From assembly GCA_963841015.1 (NCBI GenBank), contig CAWJAX010000003.1, forward strand, positions 842,043 to 906,042: a DNA stretch of 64,000 nt, read 5' to 3'. This stretch comes from an uncultured Methanoregulaceae archaeon (GTDB lineage Archaea > Halobacteriota > Methanomicrobia > Methanomicrobiales > Methanospirillaceae). The first letter of the stretch is position 1, and the number at the start of each line of letters is the position of its first letter. Below are positions 1-10,772 of the stretch, piece after piece. Below the pieces are notes generated by a model. It made no database searches. It was not told where the DNA came from and saw nothing but the letters and a program-made list of their open reading frames with translations. A program made the position numbers and the translations under genes.

Positions 1-931
1 TACATTCCGCAGCTACCTGAGCAGCAAGTCTTCCGGTATACATACTGTTGTAGATCCCACCACCGGTGAGCGGGTCTACGACACGGGCTGCATCACCGGC
101 AATTATGAGACCATTCGCAACCGTACAGTCAAGAGGCTTGCAGACGGATACACCACCGGCAATACATTCGATAAATTTCCCCTGAGGAAAGGTCTTTTTA
201 ACAAACCTGTCAAGGTAGTCTTTCGCCCGGTGACCTTCCCCGCTTTTTTTGCCGGAGATCCCTACCCCGACATTTGCGGACCGTTCGCCCTTCGGAAAAA
301 CCCAGAGGTATCCCTGGGGTGCAATTTCGTTGCCCAGATAAAAGACGGTTGAGTGCTGATCGATATCGATATCAGCCATCACATACTGGGCAGAGCTCAT
401 AATTTCACGGACAGGTACGGTGGTATCAATACCACACCATTTTGAGAATTTTGATTCAACACCATCAGCAGCAATGACCACGTCAGCAGTAACATTCGAT
501 ACTGTCCCACAGCACTCAATCTTTGCCCCTCTGACAAATCCATTTTCCATAATCGGGGCTGATGCACGGGTCTTGACTATAACATCCGCCCCGGCATCGG
601 CCGCTTTCCAGACCAGCTCACGGTCAAAGAACTTTCGGTCAAGGATATATCCGACTTTGTTGCCTGCGAGCCCGGATTCGAGTTTCATTAAAAAACCATC
701 GGGAGCTACGATGCTCGCCCCGGTCATCTCGACTGAGATACATTTTGGGTCGGGATCCATGAACTCATGAAGGGCTTCTTTCCCGATTCCCTCGGCACAG
801 CGGATGGGGACACCAATTGCCGGACGCTTTTCGACCAGACATGCAGAGAGTCCCTTCTCAACGGCAGTTTTGGCGGCAAGCGCACCTGCCGGACCTCCCC
901 CGATGACCAAAACATCGTACTTATTTTTCAT
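1..931 (-). CDS. Digeranylgeranylglycerophospholipid reductase (geranylgeranyl reductase family); 3' end runs off the window
   Basis: Manual translation from ATG 931: [16 protein letters not shown] (FAD-binding), [37 protein letters not shown]. Not in the ORF track. Confidence 0.92.
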   Translation of the reverse strand, partial: MKNKYDVLVIGGGPAGALAAKTAVEKGLSACLVEKRPAIGVPIRCAEGIGKEALHEFMDPDPKCISVEMTGASIVAPDGFLMKLESGLAGNKVGYILDRKFFDRELVWKAADAGADVIVKTRASAPIMENGFVRGAKIECCGTVSNVTADVVIAADGVESKFSKWCGIDTTVPVREIMSSAQYVMADIDIDQHSTVFYLGNEIAPQGYLWVFPKGERSANVGVGISGKKSGEGHRAKDYLDRFVKKTFPQGKFIECIAGGVSVCKPLDCTVANGLIIAGDAARVVDPLTGGGIYNSMYTGRLAAQVAAEC

Positions 932-1097
932 GCACGACCTCCAGAGCACCCAGAGGGCAGACTTTTGCACAGATACCACAGCTCGTGCAATTTTTCTCAA
1001 CGCAGAGGTATGCGTCAATCAGTTCAAGGGCGCCTTCCGGGCAGACTGACACACAACAACCGCAATATCCACAGATATCCCGATGTACTTTGAGCAT
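921..1097 (-). CDS. 2x[4Fe-4S] ferredoxin (58 aa), likely electron donor for the reductase
   Basis: Manual translation [24 protein letters not shown]...[22 protein letters not shown]; two CxxCxxCxxxCP motifs; stop overlaps the reductase start. Confidence 0.92.
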   Translation of the reverse strand: MLKVHRDICGYCGCCVSVCPEGALELIDAYLCVEKNCTSCGICAKVCPLGALEVVHEK

Positions 1098-1175
1098 TGA
1101 CTAATCATGTTGTTGTTCTGTTTCATTAATATTTACGATTAGATGCCTTGATGCAATCCCCTGTTGTGCAGGACA

Positions 1176-2297
1176 TCAGACGAGCGAGAAGGTACCGTAC
1201 TTCCCACCGCCGCCCGGGTGCAGAGTGACATGCCCGCTCCGCAGGGCTTCAATGGCATCTGAGGTTTCAGCATGGATGGTGCGGATTTCAGGAATCGGGG
1301 CATTGATTAGCACCTCAATCTCATTGCCAAACGTGCTGATAAAGCACTCATAAAGGGACCTGCACTTCCTGGTGTGCGGAGATGAGACCCCCATCACGGT
1401 CTGGATGATCTGGCCGAGGGGAATAATATGGAGATAGGGGGGACGTTTCCCGGGTTTACCACCGGAAGCCAGCTCGTGCGCCCGGTCATACACACCTTTC
1501 TTGATGATGCCCCCATCAGCGGGGCACCGCCAGTTCTGCCGGATTGCCAGTTCCGGTGAATACTGGGTAAAGCATCGGGTGCAGGCCGTCCTGTTATATT
1601 TTCCTTCCTCCGGAAAGAACCCGGCGTTCATCTCAATGGCCCCGTTCCTGATGCACGCCATTACATCTTTGGGGGATAGATTCGCAATCTGAAGTCGGTT
1701 GAATTCCCTGCCGATCTTATCCGTTTGCGGACTATGAGCATCCGAATTTGAAAGGAACGGCACATTGTAGAGATCCGGAATCGCTGCACCGTACGAGCTG
1801 TCTGCTGAGAGACCGAGTTCCAGAAAGTCGATCGACTGGCTGCCATAGCAATCCGCAACGCGATCAAAATACGCGTACATCGCTGTCCACGGAGTAAACG
1901 CATGTGCCGGGCCGATCATTGCCCCGACTTCATGCACATATTCTGCGATTTTCTCTCCTGACAGGTAGACATGCGGGCGACCACTGGTGAGAAAACTTTT
2001 GCATGTTCCTTCTAAGAGTCCCTGCAGTTCATTGAACTGTGAGAAATCCTCTGCCAATATCAGGTGATGAACCCGGTGTTCGTCTTCAACTTCGCTGGTC
2101 GGGAGGATCAAAGTGCCGGCATCATTCTCAAGAAACGGTTCCCAGGTTTTCCGCCATACCGGATGGAGCGCGTCACCAGTGCCGAGAATATGGATACCTT
2201 TTGTCAGGCAGGCTGATAGCAGGTGCTCCGGTTGCATAAAGCGGGAGACAGCCATCGAATACGGAGAGTGTATATGCAGGTCGGCATTTGCTAGCAT
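1176..2297 (-). CDS. TIGR00375 / endonuclease Q family PHP-domain protein
   Basis: DLHIHS, GTGD, PAHAFTPW, ELGLSAD, NSDAHS, GKY..TAC..C zinc motif, PGGGGKYG. Confidence 0.9.
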   Translation of the reverse strand: MLANADLHIHSPYSMAVSRFMQPEHLLSACLTKGIHILGTGDALHPVWRKTWEPFLENDAGTLILPTSEVEDEHRVHHLILAEDFSQFNELQGLLEGTCKSFLTSGRPHVYLSGEKIAEYVHEVGAMIGPAHAFTPWTAMYAYFDRVADCYGSQSIDFLELGLSADSSYGAAIPDLYNVPFLSNSDAHSPQTDKIGREFNRLQIANLSPKDVMACIRNGAIEMNAGFFPEEGKYNRTACTRCFTQYSPELAIRQNWRCPADGGIIKKGVYDRAHELASGGKPGKRPPYLHIIPLGQIIQTVMGVSSPHTRKCRSLYECFISTFGNEIEVLINAPIPEIRTIHAETSDAIEALRSGHVTLHPGGGGKYGTFSLV

Positions 2298-2298
2298 A

Positions 2299-3057
2299 TT
2301 AACCGATATAGCTCAGTTCTTCATCCTTTTGCAACTTGTTGCCTTCGACTAATCCTTCGATGACTTTTTCCATTTCAGAAGCACGGTCGTTGAGCTTTGT
2401 AGGATCGACCGGTACATCTATCAGTTTTGAGAGTGTTGTGAGAACGTTTGCCGCGCTCATCGGGTCGACAAGATACCCGCTCGTTTCGCCCATCAGGCAT
2501 GCTGCATCTATCCCGCGTTTTGCAGAAAGTCCGAGCATCAGTCCGGCTGCGCCGATGATCCCGCCGCCGGGTTCATTCCGGTCAAACGTGACACCTGCCT
2601 CTTCGAGTTCCGGGCGGAGCTCCGCGCGGTTCACAGCTCCCAGCACCCTTGGCTCATTTACCAGGTGACCGACACCAAATCCACCAAGCGTGAAAATGCG
2701 TTGTACCTTCAGATCCTGTGCGATTTCGCAGTACTGGTCGGCAAGGAGATAGTGCCCTTCGTTTGAGGTACTCTGGTGATCACCGACGAGAAAAATGAGG
2801 TCTTTTCCTGGTGCCCGGTAAAAATAGAGTTCGTTTCGTGCCAACCGGGCAAGACCATTTTCTTCAAGGATCACCTGTGGAGGAAAATAGATCGAATGGA
2901 TCTCCCCTATCTTCTCTGCGCCAAGCATGTGGATCATATATTCGGCAACCAGTTTGCCCACCTGCCCGATTCCGGGGAGTCCTTCGATCATAACAGGATT
3001 GACAAGGTTCTTTTCCCTGAAACCATCGAGATAACCGACAGAGATCTCTTCAATCAT
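2299..3057 (-). CDS. Proteasome assembly chaperone (PAC2) family protein
   Basis: IEGLPGIGQVGKL, TLGG, CLMGETSGYLVDP, C-terminal YIG; start moved to MIEE, overlapping the nop10 stop. Confidence 0.9.
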   Translation of the reverse strand: MIEEISVGYLDGFREKNLVNPVMIEGLPGIGQVGKLVAEYMIHMLGAEKIGEIHSIYFPPQVILEENGLARLARNELYFYRAPGKDLIFLVGDHQSTSNEGHYLLADQYCEIAQDLKVQRIFTLGGFGVGHLVNEPRVLGAVNRAELRPELEEAGVTFDRNEPGGGIIGAAGLMLGLSAKRGIDAACLMGETSGYLVDPMSAANVLTTLSKLIDVPVDPTKLNDRASEMEKVIEGLVEGNKLQKDEELSYIG

Positions 3058-3205
3058 TTTTTGCCAGCCTCCGGTATTTCCCATACCGATCCTCAAGAGA
3101 AAATCGTGCCGGGTGGGCAATCGCAGTCGGTTTGCCACATACAGGACATGTGGGAGAAAGGGTATAAATTCGATCTTCTGCGCAGTGACGGATGTGACCG
3201 CTCAT
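3050..3205 (-). CDS. nop10: H/ACA RNP protein Nop10 (51 aa)
   Basis: Manual translation MSGHIRHCAEDRIYTLSPTCPVCGKPTAIAHPARFSLEDRYGKYRR; canonical position after aIF2alpha. Confidence 0.93.
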   Translation of the reverse strand: MSGHIRHCAEDRIYTLSPTCPVCGKPTAIAHPARFSLEDRYGKYRRLAKND

Positions 3206-3990
3206 TGACTCTTCCCGGACTTCGGTTTCTTGACAAGTTTACCTTCGCCGCCGGACTTTTCCATAACAGAGATCGCTGCATTGGCGGCTTTTTCAATTGC
3301 CTTCTCTGCCTTCTTATAATCTGGAGCGGTCACTTTGATTCTGTAGGTCGGCGCGCCAAGATACAGGATCTCAATATCAACTCCGGCAATTTTTGGTTCA
3401 GCACTTTTCAGTGCTTTTTTGATTACGGAGATTCCATCAGGCAGGGTTGAAGTGAGGTAAAGATGCCCCGTTACTTCGACTTTGGGGACTTTTACATTTT
3501 CCTGTGCAACATTCAGAAGAGTCTCGGCAGCCTTCTTTGAGAGATTCAGTTTTTTCAGGGTTGTTTCGCTGTCGATCACAAGATCTTCAAATACCGGATA
3601 GAAAGCCCCGTATTTACTGAAAATCTCGTTCTCAAGAGATTGAGCGGGTTCACCAGTCTGTTCTGCTACAAAACCCAGCCACTTCTGGGCTTTACTCTCG
3701 TTTTTCCATTCACGTATTTTCTCGCGGCGCTGGTGTTCGTTGACATCTTTTAAGGAAAGATCAATGTGACCACGAGTCCGGTCAACGTTGAGCACCTTAC
3801 AGACAATCTTCTGTCCTTCACGAATGTGGTCGCGGATATACTTGATCCAGCCGGTTGCAATTTCAGAGATGGGGATGAGACCCTGGCGGCCACCGTACTC
3901 ATCCAGAGATACAAATGCTACGAAGTCCTTGACATTCTGTACGGTGCATACAACCAGCTCCGATTCCTGTGGCCATTCTCTGTCCAGCAT
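3202..3990 (-). CDS. eif2a: Translation initiation factor 2 subunit alpha
   Basis: WPQESELVVCTV S1 domain, GHIDLSLKDV, YLGAPTYRI. Confidence 0.96.
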   Translation of the reverse strand: MLDREWPQESELVVCTVQNVKDFVAFVSLDEYGGRQGLIPISEIATGWIKYIRDHIREGQKIVCKVLNVDRTRGHIDLSLKDVNEHQRREKIREWKNESKAQKWLGFVAEQTGEPAQSLENEIFSKYGAFYPVFEDLVIDSETTLKKLNLSKKAAETLLNVAQENVKVPKVEVTGHLYLTSTLPDGISVIKKALKSAEPKIAGVDIEILYLGAPTYRIKVTAPDYKKAEKAIEKAANAAISVMEKSGGEGKLVKKPKSGKSQ

Positions 3991-3998
3991 GGGAAGTA

Positions 3999-4187
3999 TC
4001 ACTTGAGCTCTGAGAGGATCTCAGCCCGGATACTTGCCTTTCCCCCGGTGGGAAGCGCAAGATCATGTCCGCAGACGATACACTTCACCAATGTACTTGC
4101 TTTTTCAAATACCGTCTGCTCGTTCTCACAGTCCGGACACTTTACTTTGAAAAATTTACTTCGGTTTTCCCGAATCTCGCGTACCAT
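3999..4187 (-). CDS. rps27e: 30S ribosomal protein S27e
   Basis: SKFFKVKCPDCENEQTVF...C..CG..L..PTGGKA. Confidence 0.97.
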   Translation of the reverse strand: MVREIRENRSKFFKVKCPDCENEQTVFEKASTLVKCIVCGHDLALPTGGKASIRAEILSELK

Positions 4188-4194
4188 TATACAC

Positions 4195-4473
4195 TCACTC
4201 CGTCAGCTCAAACTTTGCGACCCGGTAACCTTTGCGCAGATGTGCCTTTCCGCAGGTAACACAGCGGTACCGCACATTTATCTTTTTGGTCGGCTTGTCG
4301 CCTCCAGGCACTTTTGAGAATTTTCCCATATTGCCTACTTTTCCTCTGCGGGCCTTCTGGCGATCAATCCAGTGAAGGCCGGTTGTCTTGCCTTTTTTTA
4401 CCCTCTCGACCTCGTGCATCTGATGATTCCTGCAGTGAGGACAATAGGTGTTGAATTTTGCTGGCATTTTCAT
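4195..4473 (-). CDS. rpl44e: 50S ribosomal protein L44e
   Basis: [34 protein letters not shown]. Confidence 0.97.
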   Translation of the reverse strand: MKMPAKFNTYCPHCRNHQMHEVERVKKGKTTGLHWIDRQKARRGKVGNMGKFSKVPGGDKPTKKINVRYRCVTCGKAHLRKGYRVAKFELTE

Positions 4474-4511
4474 AAAATTTTCACCGATAATTTTGATATA
4501 GAATACCAATA

Positions 4512-5177
4512 TTATTTACAAAGATTCATATTTAAGACTATGTTGCGTTCACTTAAGACCGCAGCATTCCGCTCAGGAAGCGTCACTATATCTCCCTTTG
4601 AAAGAGTATAAATCCTCCCATCAATCCCCATAAAGGATTCCATGTCCTCAAGTACCCGTACGAGTACACATTGTAGCGAGAGGGGTGCCTCTGTCTTTGG
4701 TGTTGCATGAAGGGTATCAGATAGACCCGAATCTTCGTCCTGCTCCATCCCGGGTTCGTCACTTTCGACTATTTCAGGTGTAACACTATTTTTTTGACGG
4801 TGGGGCACATTGTGAAGAAGGATTCCCTTGCACTGTTCAATACTGGCAGTGACTGTTTCAAACATTTCTTTCTCAACGGGGACCATCCGTTTCACTTCTT
4901 CGCGATCGTAATAATTACCTTCAGCATGCATGATGGTAAGCGCAAGAATTTTGCGCGACCGTAGTGCAAAAAGCTCCCGGAGGGTCTCTTTTATCGCGAG
5001 TGTTTCCTCAATAAGGGAGCGGGCTTCTTCAGAGAGCGGGTCTTCAAAAGCGTACACTTTGCTAATCAGTGAGGCAAGTTCCGTATGCCCCTTGTCAAAG
5101 AGATCAGGGGCAACTGCGGTAAGTCTTCCCGTCTCCCGCTCTGAAAGCAGGATGATACGCAAATCGTCCAACCCCAT
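4512..5177 (-). CDS. Probable GINS subunit (Gins51-like)
   Basis: Lies between priS and rpl44e; C-terminal B-domain [32 protein letters not shown]. Confidence 0.8.
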   Translation of the reverse strand: MGLDDLRIILLSERETGRLTAVAPDLFDKGHTELASLISKVYAFEDPLSEEARSLIEETLAIKETLRELFALRSRKILALTIMHAEGNYYDREEVKRMVPVEKEMFETVTASIEQCKGILLHNVPHRQKNSVTPEIVESDEPGMEQDEDSGLSDTLHATPKTEAPLSLQCVLVRVLEDMESFMGIDGRIYTLSKGDIVTLPERNAAVLSERNIVLNMNLCK

Positions 5178-5199
5178 TGGCCCCACGTGTCTTCTCCTT

Positions 5200-6330
5200 T
5201 TAGCTGATTTCCGCCATGCCACGGCAGCAAAGAAACACTGCTACCGCTTCCGGTACTGTAATGATGCCTTTTTGGAGTTCATAAGTACTTCCGAGCATCG
5301 GTATCGTGACAGCATGGATAAGGTCAACCCTTACATCCCGCATTGAAAAGACTACGGCGTCTACAAGCGGTTCAAAGTCCTGGAGATCGCGGAGTTCAAG
5401 GGGTTGAACCCGCATACCGCTCCCGCCATGCAGCGATGTTGGCATTCGTATCAGCCTTTTTGTATCCGTGGTGACAGGCTCATCTGCAAGAGCGGCACGT
5501 GAAAGGAGACGTTTTTTAAATTCCCCTTCCTGTTGAATGAAAATAGCATGAAGTACACGGTTCTTTGCGATCATACTCGTGGGATGTCGTTCGATGGACC
5601 AAATAATCTCCTCGCGGTTTTTCAGGAAGGTGGTTGCTGAATCCCTGCCAATTCCCTCAATTCCCGTGAGATGTGCTATTGCTTCCTCATCAGTCAGGGT
5701 TCCAAGCCAGTGAATATATTCAAGAAGCGTTTCACGATATCGCGACTGCCATCCCGGAGATGCAGGTTTTTTACCGGAAAGCATTGCGGCAGGATCGATG
5801 CCGATCCCACAGACATAGTCAATCAGTTCCCGGCGTTCTGCACTTCCCCATCCTCTGAAGGCGATATCCTTGACATGCACATGATACCCACGACCGCCGG
5901 AAAAGACGAGCTCTATAGTTTTTGAATCGATACAAAATTCAAGGGTGAGCATCGCTATGAGCTTCTCTGTTTCCTCCTTCACTCTGGCCAGCATCTGGTC
6001 ATAAGGGCCTCGTATTATATGGTCTGCATCGAGATCAAAAATGAGATCTGCCCCGCACCAGCCTTTTTCTGCCATGGTTCCGGCATCTGGTTTCTCATAG
6101 TATGCCGTCGAGTAGTAGGCATGCTGGGGCACGAGATTATGGATGAACTGGAAGAGTTCATCCTTTCCTGAAAAACCGACATGCCGGCGCATCCGGAGAC
6201 TGGGGGTATGAGGGTTGAACAGCACAAAACCCCATTCCCGCTGTTCAAGCGATGAAGGAGCAACAAGAATGGTTTTTTTATAATAATCAGTGAAGCGCTG
6301 TCGGAGAAATTCGGTTGTCGCCGGGTTCAT
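5200..6330 (-). CDS. priS: DNA primase catalytic subunit
   Basis: REWGF, GADLIFDLDAD, FSGGRGYH, DEPVTTDTKRLIRMPTSLH. Confidence 0.97.
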   Translation of the reverse strand: MNPATTEFLRQRFTDYYKKTILVAPSSLEQREWGFVLFNPHTPSLRMRRHVGFSGKDELFQFIHNLVPQHAYYSTAYYEKPDAGTMAEKGWCGADLIFDLDADHIIRGPYDQMLARVKEETEKLIAMLTLEFCIDSKTIELVFSGGRGYHVHVKDIAFRGWGSAERRELIDYVCGIGIDPAAMLSGKKPASPGWQSRYRETLLEYIHWLGTLTDEEAIAHLTGIEGIGRDSATTFLKNREEIIWSIERHPTSMIAKNRVLHAIFIQQEGEFKKRLLSRAALADEPVTTDTKRLIRMPTSLHGGSGMRVQPLELRDLQDFEPLVDAVVFSMRDVRVDLIHAVTIPMLGSTYELQKGIITVPEAVAVFLCCRGMAEIS

Positions 6331-7904
6331 GGCAGCTCCTTAATCATATAGGGTCCTTTGCGTTCATATCCCTGTTTTTCGTAATAGGGGCGGACACCGA
6401 TACCACTCATAATCGCCAGACAGGAGAATCCTGCGTCAAGGGTGATCTCTTCTGCCCGGGCGATGAGCACTTTTCCAAAATTCCTGTGCTGCCATTCTTC
6501 AGACTCAGCATCTTTCCCCACCGGAACGAGGCTTCCGTACACATGGAGCTCCCTCATGACTGCGGCATTTTCAAGCTCAGCACGGTATACAAGGGAAGGG
6601 AACCGGAGCCGGGTAAACCCGATTATTGAATCATCAGACACTGCGGAGATAAAATGTTCCTGCCCACCGCAGGACACATACTTCGATACGTGGATTTCTG
6701 ATTCTGCAAGGGAGGGAAGTCTTCCAATCTCCCTGCACCGGATGCAGCGGCAACCCCTGCCGGTTACCTTGAGACGGTGCTGGGCAAGCTGCCGGAAATT
6801 GGAGTGCCGGGAACCGGCAACGATCAGTTTTGCCGGAATATCGCGCTGGATCCGCTGGAGGCGGGTATACTCAGGGATCAGCGACTTTGCGTAGGCGACC
6901 AGATCGATCATGTCCTCCTCATCGTAGGGCATGTATGCACCCCGTTTCCAGTGTTCTTCAATTTCAGATCCCGGCGTAACAAGCGTAGGATAGATTTTTA
7001 GGAAATCCGGCAGGAAACGGGGATCGGAAAAGAGGGTTTCGAACATTTTTTTATCCAGGTCAATAGTTGAACCGGGAAGATTTGGCATGATATGAAAACC
7101 CACTTTCATTCCTGCATCACGAAGGAGTGTGTTTGCTTCAACGGTATCTGCCACACTACATCCGCGCCGGTTATACGACAGGATAGTATCATCGACATGC
7201 TGCACACCAAGTTCCACTTTGGTTACACCGAGATGCAACATCCGATCAATATGTTCACGCCGGCACCAGTCAGGGCGGGTTTCAAACGTGATCGCAACAC
7301 AGCGGATGGCTGAGGTCTCATTTTCTTCCTGCATGGCGGTCACACTTCGTGGCATAGCTTCTGCTGTTCCACCCGGGTAGGTGTTCATCGCTTCAATGCA
7401 GCGTGAAACAAACTGCTCCTGGTATTCCGGTGTCCGTGCAGTCATAGTACCCCCCATTACGATCAGCTCCACCTTGTCTACACGGTGCCCGAGGAGTTCA
7501 AACTGCTCAAGCCGGGCATGCACCTGGGCAAACGGGTCGTAGGAATGCTCCCGTGCCCGCAAAGCGGCGGGTTCCTCACCGGTATAGCTTTGCGGGGATT
7601 TGTACGGGTGGTCGGGTCCACCTGGACATGGCAGGCATTTGCCATGCGGACAGGGCGATGGAGAGGTCATCACCGCAACAGGAGCTACTCCCGAAAGGGT
7701 CCGTGTGGGTTTCACGAGAAGGATCTTCCGGAGTATCTCCCGATCCGCTGGTTGAGCGATCGCAAGAATGGCGGAATTTTTGGGAACGGCAGGCAACCGG
7801 TATTTCCGGCAGATATCGATCTTCACTGCAACGATAGCATCATCACCGGGCTGAAGGGTGAGGATGCGGGAGATCATCTCCCGGAACGCCTTCTCCTCAT
7901 CCAT
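6327..7904 (-). CDS. elp3: Elp3 tRNA uridine(34) 5-carboxymethylation enzyme (radical SAM + GNAT)
   Basis: KPTRTLSGVAPVAVM, CPHGKCLPCPGG, ETRPD, LKIYPTLV, RELHVYG, QHRNFG. Confidence 0.96.
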   Translation of the reverse strand: MDEEKAFREMISRILTLQPGDDAIVAVKIDICRKYRLPAVPKNSAILAIAQPADREILRKILLVKPTRTLSGVAPVAVMTSPSPCPHGKCLPCPGGPDHPYKSPQSYTGEEPAALRAREHSYDPFAQVHARLEQFELLGHRVDKVELIVMGGTMTARTPEYQEQFVSRCIEAMNTYPGGTAEAMPRSVTAMQEENETSAIRCVAITFETRPDWCRREHIDRMLHLGVTKVELGVQHVDDTILSYNRRGCSVADTVEANTLLRDAGMKVGFHIMPNLPGSTIDLDKKMFETLFSDPRFLPDFLKIYPTLVTPGSEIEEHWKRGAYMPYDEEDMIDLVAYAKSLIPEYTRLQRIQRDIPAKLIVAGSRHSNFRQLAQHRLKVTGRGCRCIRCREIGRLPSLAESEIHVSKYVSCGGQEHFISAVSDDSIIGFTRLRFPSLVYRAELENAAVMRELHVYGSLVPVGKDAESEEWQHRNFGKVLIARAEEITLDAGFSCLAIMSGIGVRPYYEKQGYERKGPYMIKELP

Positions 7905-7911
7905 GAATGGT

Positions 7912-8178
7912 TTAATGTTCTGCTGCAACTTTTGTGGATGCAGTCTCTGAAGAATAGTTCACCACAGGAATATGATGCCCGTGGATATGGGTCACAATCT
8001 CATCTCCCAGCGTGAGAAGAGCATCTTTGTGGGCTTTTTTGTCCTTGTGAATGTGGACCGGGGAAATTTCAAGGGAATTATAACGACTGGTTCCGATTTC
8101 TTCACTGGTGAGTCCTTCGTAGTACTTTTTGATGTGAATCATCAACATGTGTAAATGCAGCAACTCTTCCTTTTGCAC
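7912..8178 (-). CDS. UPF0058 family protein
   Basis: KEELLHLH...Y..L.ISPVHIHKDK..HK.A. Confidence 0.85.
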   Translation of the reverse strand: MQKEELLHLHMLMIHIKKYYEGLTSEEIGTSRYNSLEISPVHIHKDKKAHKDALLTLGDEIVTHIHGHHIPVVNYSSETASTKVAAEH

Positions 8179-8230
8179 ACTATCACCTTCTGCAAGCTGA
8201 TTCTATTTCCTGTGATACACATATACCTTT

Positions 8231-9130
8231 TTGGTGAGGTTTATAACAGGAAACCTGCATGCTGTGGGATCGTTCGTTGCGCTGGCAATTGGGGATGCTT
8301 TGGGTGCGCCCCTGGAAGGATCTGCCCGGACTGAATCGTGGGTGGCCGAAATGCTTCCCGGAGGGCGGCATTCCCGGAAAAAAGGGCAAATTACGGATGA
8401 TACATTACAGGCAATGGCAGTGGCTGAATCGCTGACTGCATGCGGGGAATTTAACCAAATAGACCTTATTTTAAGGTTACTTCACGGGTACGAGAAGCGT
8501 CCGGAATGGTACGGCCCGACCTCTTCTGCTTTCTTTAAACTGGTCAAATCCGGCACCCTGCCGCATCAGGCCGCGTGGCTGGTGCATAAACGACTGCACG
8601 GAAGCCGTAGCAATGGGAGCGTAATGCGAGGATTTCCTCTAGGCATCTTCTATCCCTCACCATTCGTTTATGAGGTGAGTCTTGCGTGCTCGCAGCTCAC
8701 GCACTTTGATCCGGTTGCCGCGCATTGTTCAGCCTGGCTGAACGTGATGGTGAGTGATATGTGCCGCGGAATTTCCCGAAATAAGGCATTCCGTCATGCA
8801 CGATCGCTGTGTACGATTCAGGAAGTGCATACAATACTCGGAAACTATACGGAGTATACCCCGGTTGCCTCGCTTGACGCGGTGCTCTGTTCACATGCAT
8901 CGTTATCCTGCTTCATGAACGCCCACACACTTGAAGGTGCAATCCTCTCGGCGATCAATCTCGGGGGGGATGCTGACACCGTTGGTGCCTGCTGCGGTGC
9001 ACTGGCCGGGGCACACTGGGGGTTTGGAACAATTCCAAAGCGGTGGATAAAGGATATTGAAGACTACGAAAATATCCTGCATTGCGCAGAACATCTCTGG
9101 TATTGTGCAGAACAATTCCTTACACGATAA
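8231..9130 (+). CDS. ADP-ribosylglycohydrolase family protein
   Basis: LAIGDALGAPLE, TDDT, SNGSVMR, TH, GGDADT. Confidence 0.92.
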   Translation: MVRFITGNLHAVGSFVALAIGDALGAPLEGSARTESWVAEMLPGGRHSRKKGQITDDTLQAMAVAESLTACGEFNQIDLILRLLHGYEKRPEWYGPTSSAFFKLVKSGTLPHQAAWLVHKRLHGSRSNGSVMRGFPLGIFYPSPFVYEVSLACSQLTHFDPVAAHCSAWLNVMVSDMCRGISRNKAFRHARSLCTIQEVHTILGNYTEYTPVASLDAVLCSHASLSCFMNAHTLEGAILSAINLGGDADTVGACCGALAGAHWGFGTIPKRWIKDIEDYENILHCAEHLWYCAEQFLTR

Positions 9131-9222
9131 TCGTATCAGTACCTTTTCGCACCAGGATCAAAGACCGGGTCTTTATGAAAAACAGATACTGTGATTTTTA
9201 ATCCATTTATCTGGAAAGTCAA

Positions 9223-9669
9223 TTACGCCGGCTTAATTTCAACAAGCTTCAGCATCCGCCCTTTCTCGCAGATATCCGAAGCATTACCAAGTACCGAAGC
9301 AACGATGTATTTTTCTCCTTCCACTACACCCTCCGGGTGACAGAGCGGGAAACTCCTGCAATCGCTCCTTGAACAGGATAATTCAGGTTTGATCTTTGAA
9401 TTGACAATAGCCATATCTGCATTAATAAGCACCGTGATCGGGGCCTCCATAACCTCAACAGCAATGGCACCATCGAGATGAACCGTGCATTCGTGGTGAG
9501 TTGTCCTTACAGATACGATGCGGTATTTCCTGCCTGCCTGCAGATTATTGCATGCCTTTTTTACTTTACAGGTATTACATCCGGCGACTTCACCTTCGTA
9601 AATGAACTCGATTCCCTGTTTTGCCAGAACCGTGCCCACCAGCGTCACTTTCGTTTTTGCCTCTGCCAT
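9223..9669 (-). CDS. UPF0179 family protein
   Basis: VTLVGTVLAK.G.EF.Y, C..C.....C.NL..GR.Y; usual neighbour of egsA. Confidence 0.85.
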   Translation of the reverse strand: MAEAKTKVTLVGTVLAKQGIEFIYEGEVAGCNTCKVKKACNNLQAGRKYRIVSVRTTHHECTVHLDGAIAVEVMEAPITVLINADMAIVNSKIKPELSCSRSDCRSFPLCHPEGVVEGEKYIVASVLGNASDICEKGRMLKLVEIKPA

Positions 9670-9681
9670 CGCAACTATACC

Positions 9682-10761
9682 TCAATCTGCGTAAAGCATC
9701 TTTACAAGATTCTGTGCTGATTCGCGTGTTAATCCCATGTCGAGAATTGTGAAGCGTTCCGGGCGGATAGTCTTTGCCAGAAGAAGCGCCTCAACAGCTG
9801 TTTCATCATCAATTCCAACTTCGGAAGGGGTGACCGGAGCACCGATACTTTTGAGTGATGCGCGGATTCCCTTCCAGTCACCACCATGCAGGTACATGGA
9901 AATAATCGTCCCGATCCCACAACTCTCACCATGAAGTGCCTTACCGGGTGCGAGCTTATCAAGCGCATGGGAGAACTTGTGTTCACCACCGCTAGCCGGG
10001 CGGGATGAGCCTGCGATGCTCATCGCAACACCGCTGGATACAAGAGCTGTTGTAACAAACCATGCAGACTGTTCCTGGTGTGGCTTGATCAGATGGGCAT
10101 TCTTTACCAGTATCTCAGCCGTCATCTTTGAGAGTGCTATTGCGTACTCACTCATCGACTCCCCTTTTACCCGATGGGCGAGCTCCCAGTCAAGGATAGC
10201 GGTGTAGTTGGAAATCACGTCCGCACACCCGGCTGCGAGGAGCCGGTGCGGGGCGGAGGCGATGATGCCGGTATCTGCAACAATTGCAATTGGCGGTTGG
10301 GCATCCAGCGAAGCATGCCCCTCAACGGTTGGAACTGATGCGCGGGAAGAAGCAATACCGTCATGTGATGCAGCAGTAGGGACAGAAATAAACTGGAGAT
10401 CGAGGTTGTAAGAAACAATTTTTGCAGTATCGATGACCCGCCCCCCACCGATACCGATAACAAAGTCCATCCCTGCCGCCGCTTTTTGTGCCCTCTTAAT
10501 GATTGGAACACTGATCTCTTCTGCAATAAATGGCTTTACAGAATAGTCTTTTCCAAAGATCTTCCGGACGTTTTCTCCGGCGAGATTCATCGTATTCTTT
10601 CCTGATATCAGGAGAGCAGACGTTCCAAGTTTGAGATCTTCACAGACCGAAGGTATCTGCCTGAACACATCATGCCCGATGATAACGTCGCGTGGCAGTT
10701 GCATCCACTTGGACTTGTCAAAAACTTTCGGTTTGAGTAATTTTATTGCATCTGCGCTCAT
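9682..10761 (-). CDS. egsA: sn-glycerol-1-phosphate dehydrogenase
   Basis: GIGGGRVID, PTAASHDG, SSRPASGGEH, HGE, RPERFTIL. Confidence 0.96.
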   Translation of the reverse strand: MSADAIKLLKPKVFDKSKWMQLPRDVIIGHDVFRQIPSVCEDLKLGTSALLISGKNTMNLAGENVRKIFGKDYSVKPFIAEEISVPIIKRAQKAAAGMDFVIGIGGGRVIDTAKIVSYNLDLQFISVPTAASHDGIASSRASVPTVEGHASLDAQPPIAIVADTGIIASAPHRLLAAGCADVISNYTAILDWELAHRVKGESMSEYAIALSKMTAEILVKNAHLIKPHQEQSAWFVTTALVSSGVAMSIAGSSRPASGGEHKFSHALDKLAPGKALHGESCGIGTIISMYLHGGDWKGIRASLKSIGAPVTPSEVGIDDETAVEALLLAKTIRPERFTILDMGLTRESAQNLVKMLYAD

Positions 10762-10772
10762 TCTGATCATGG

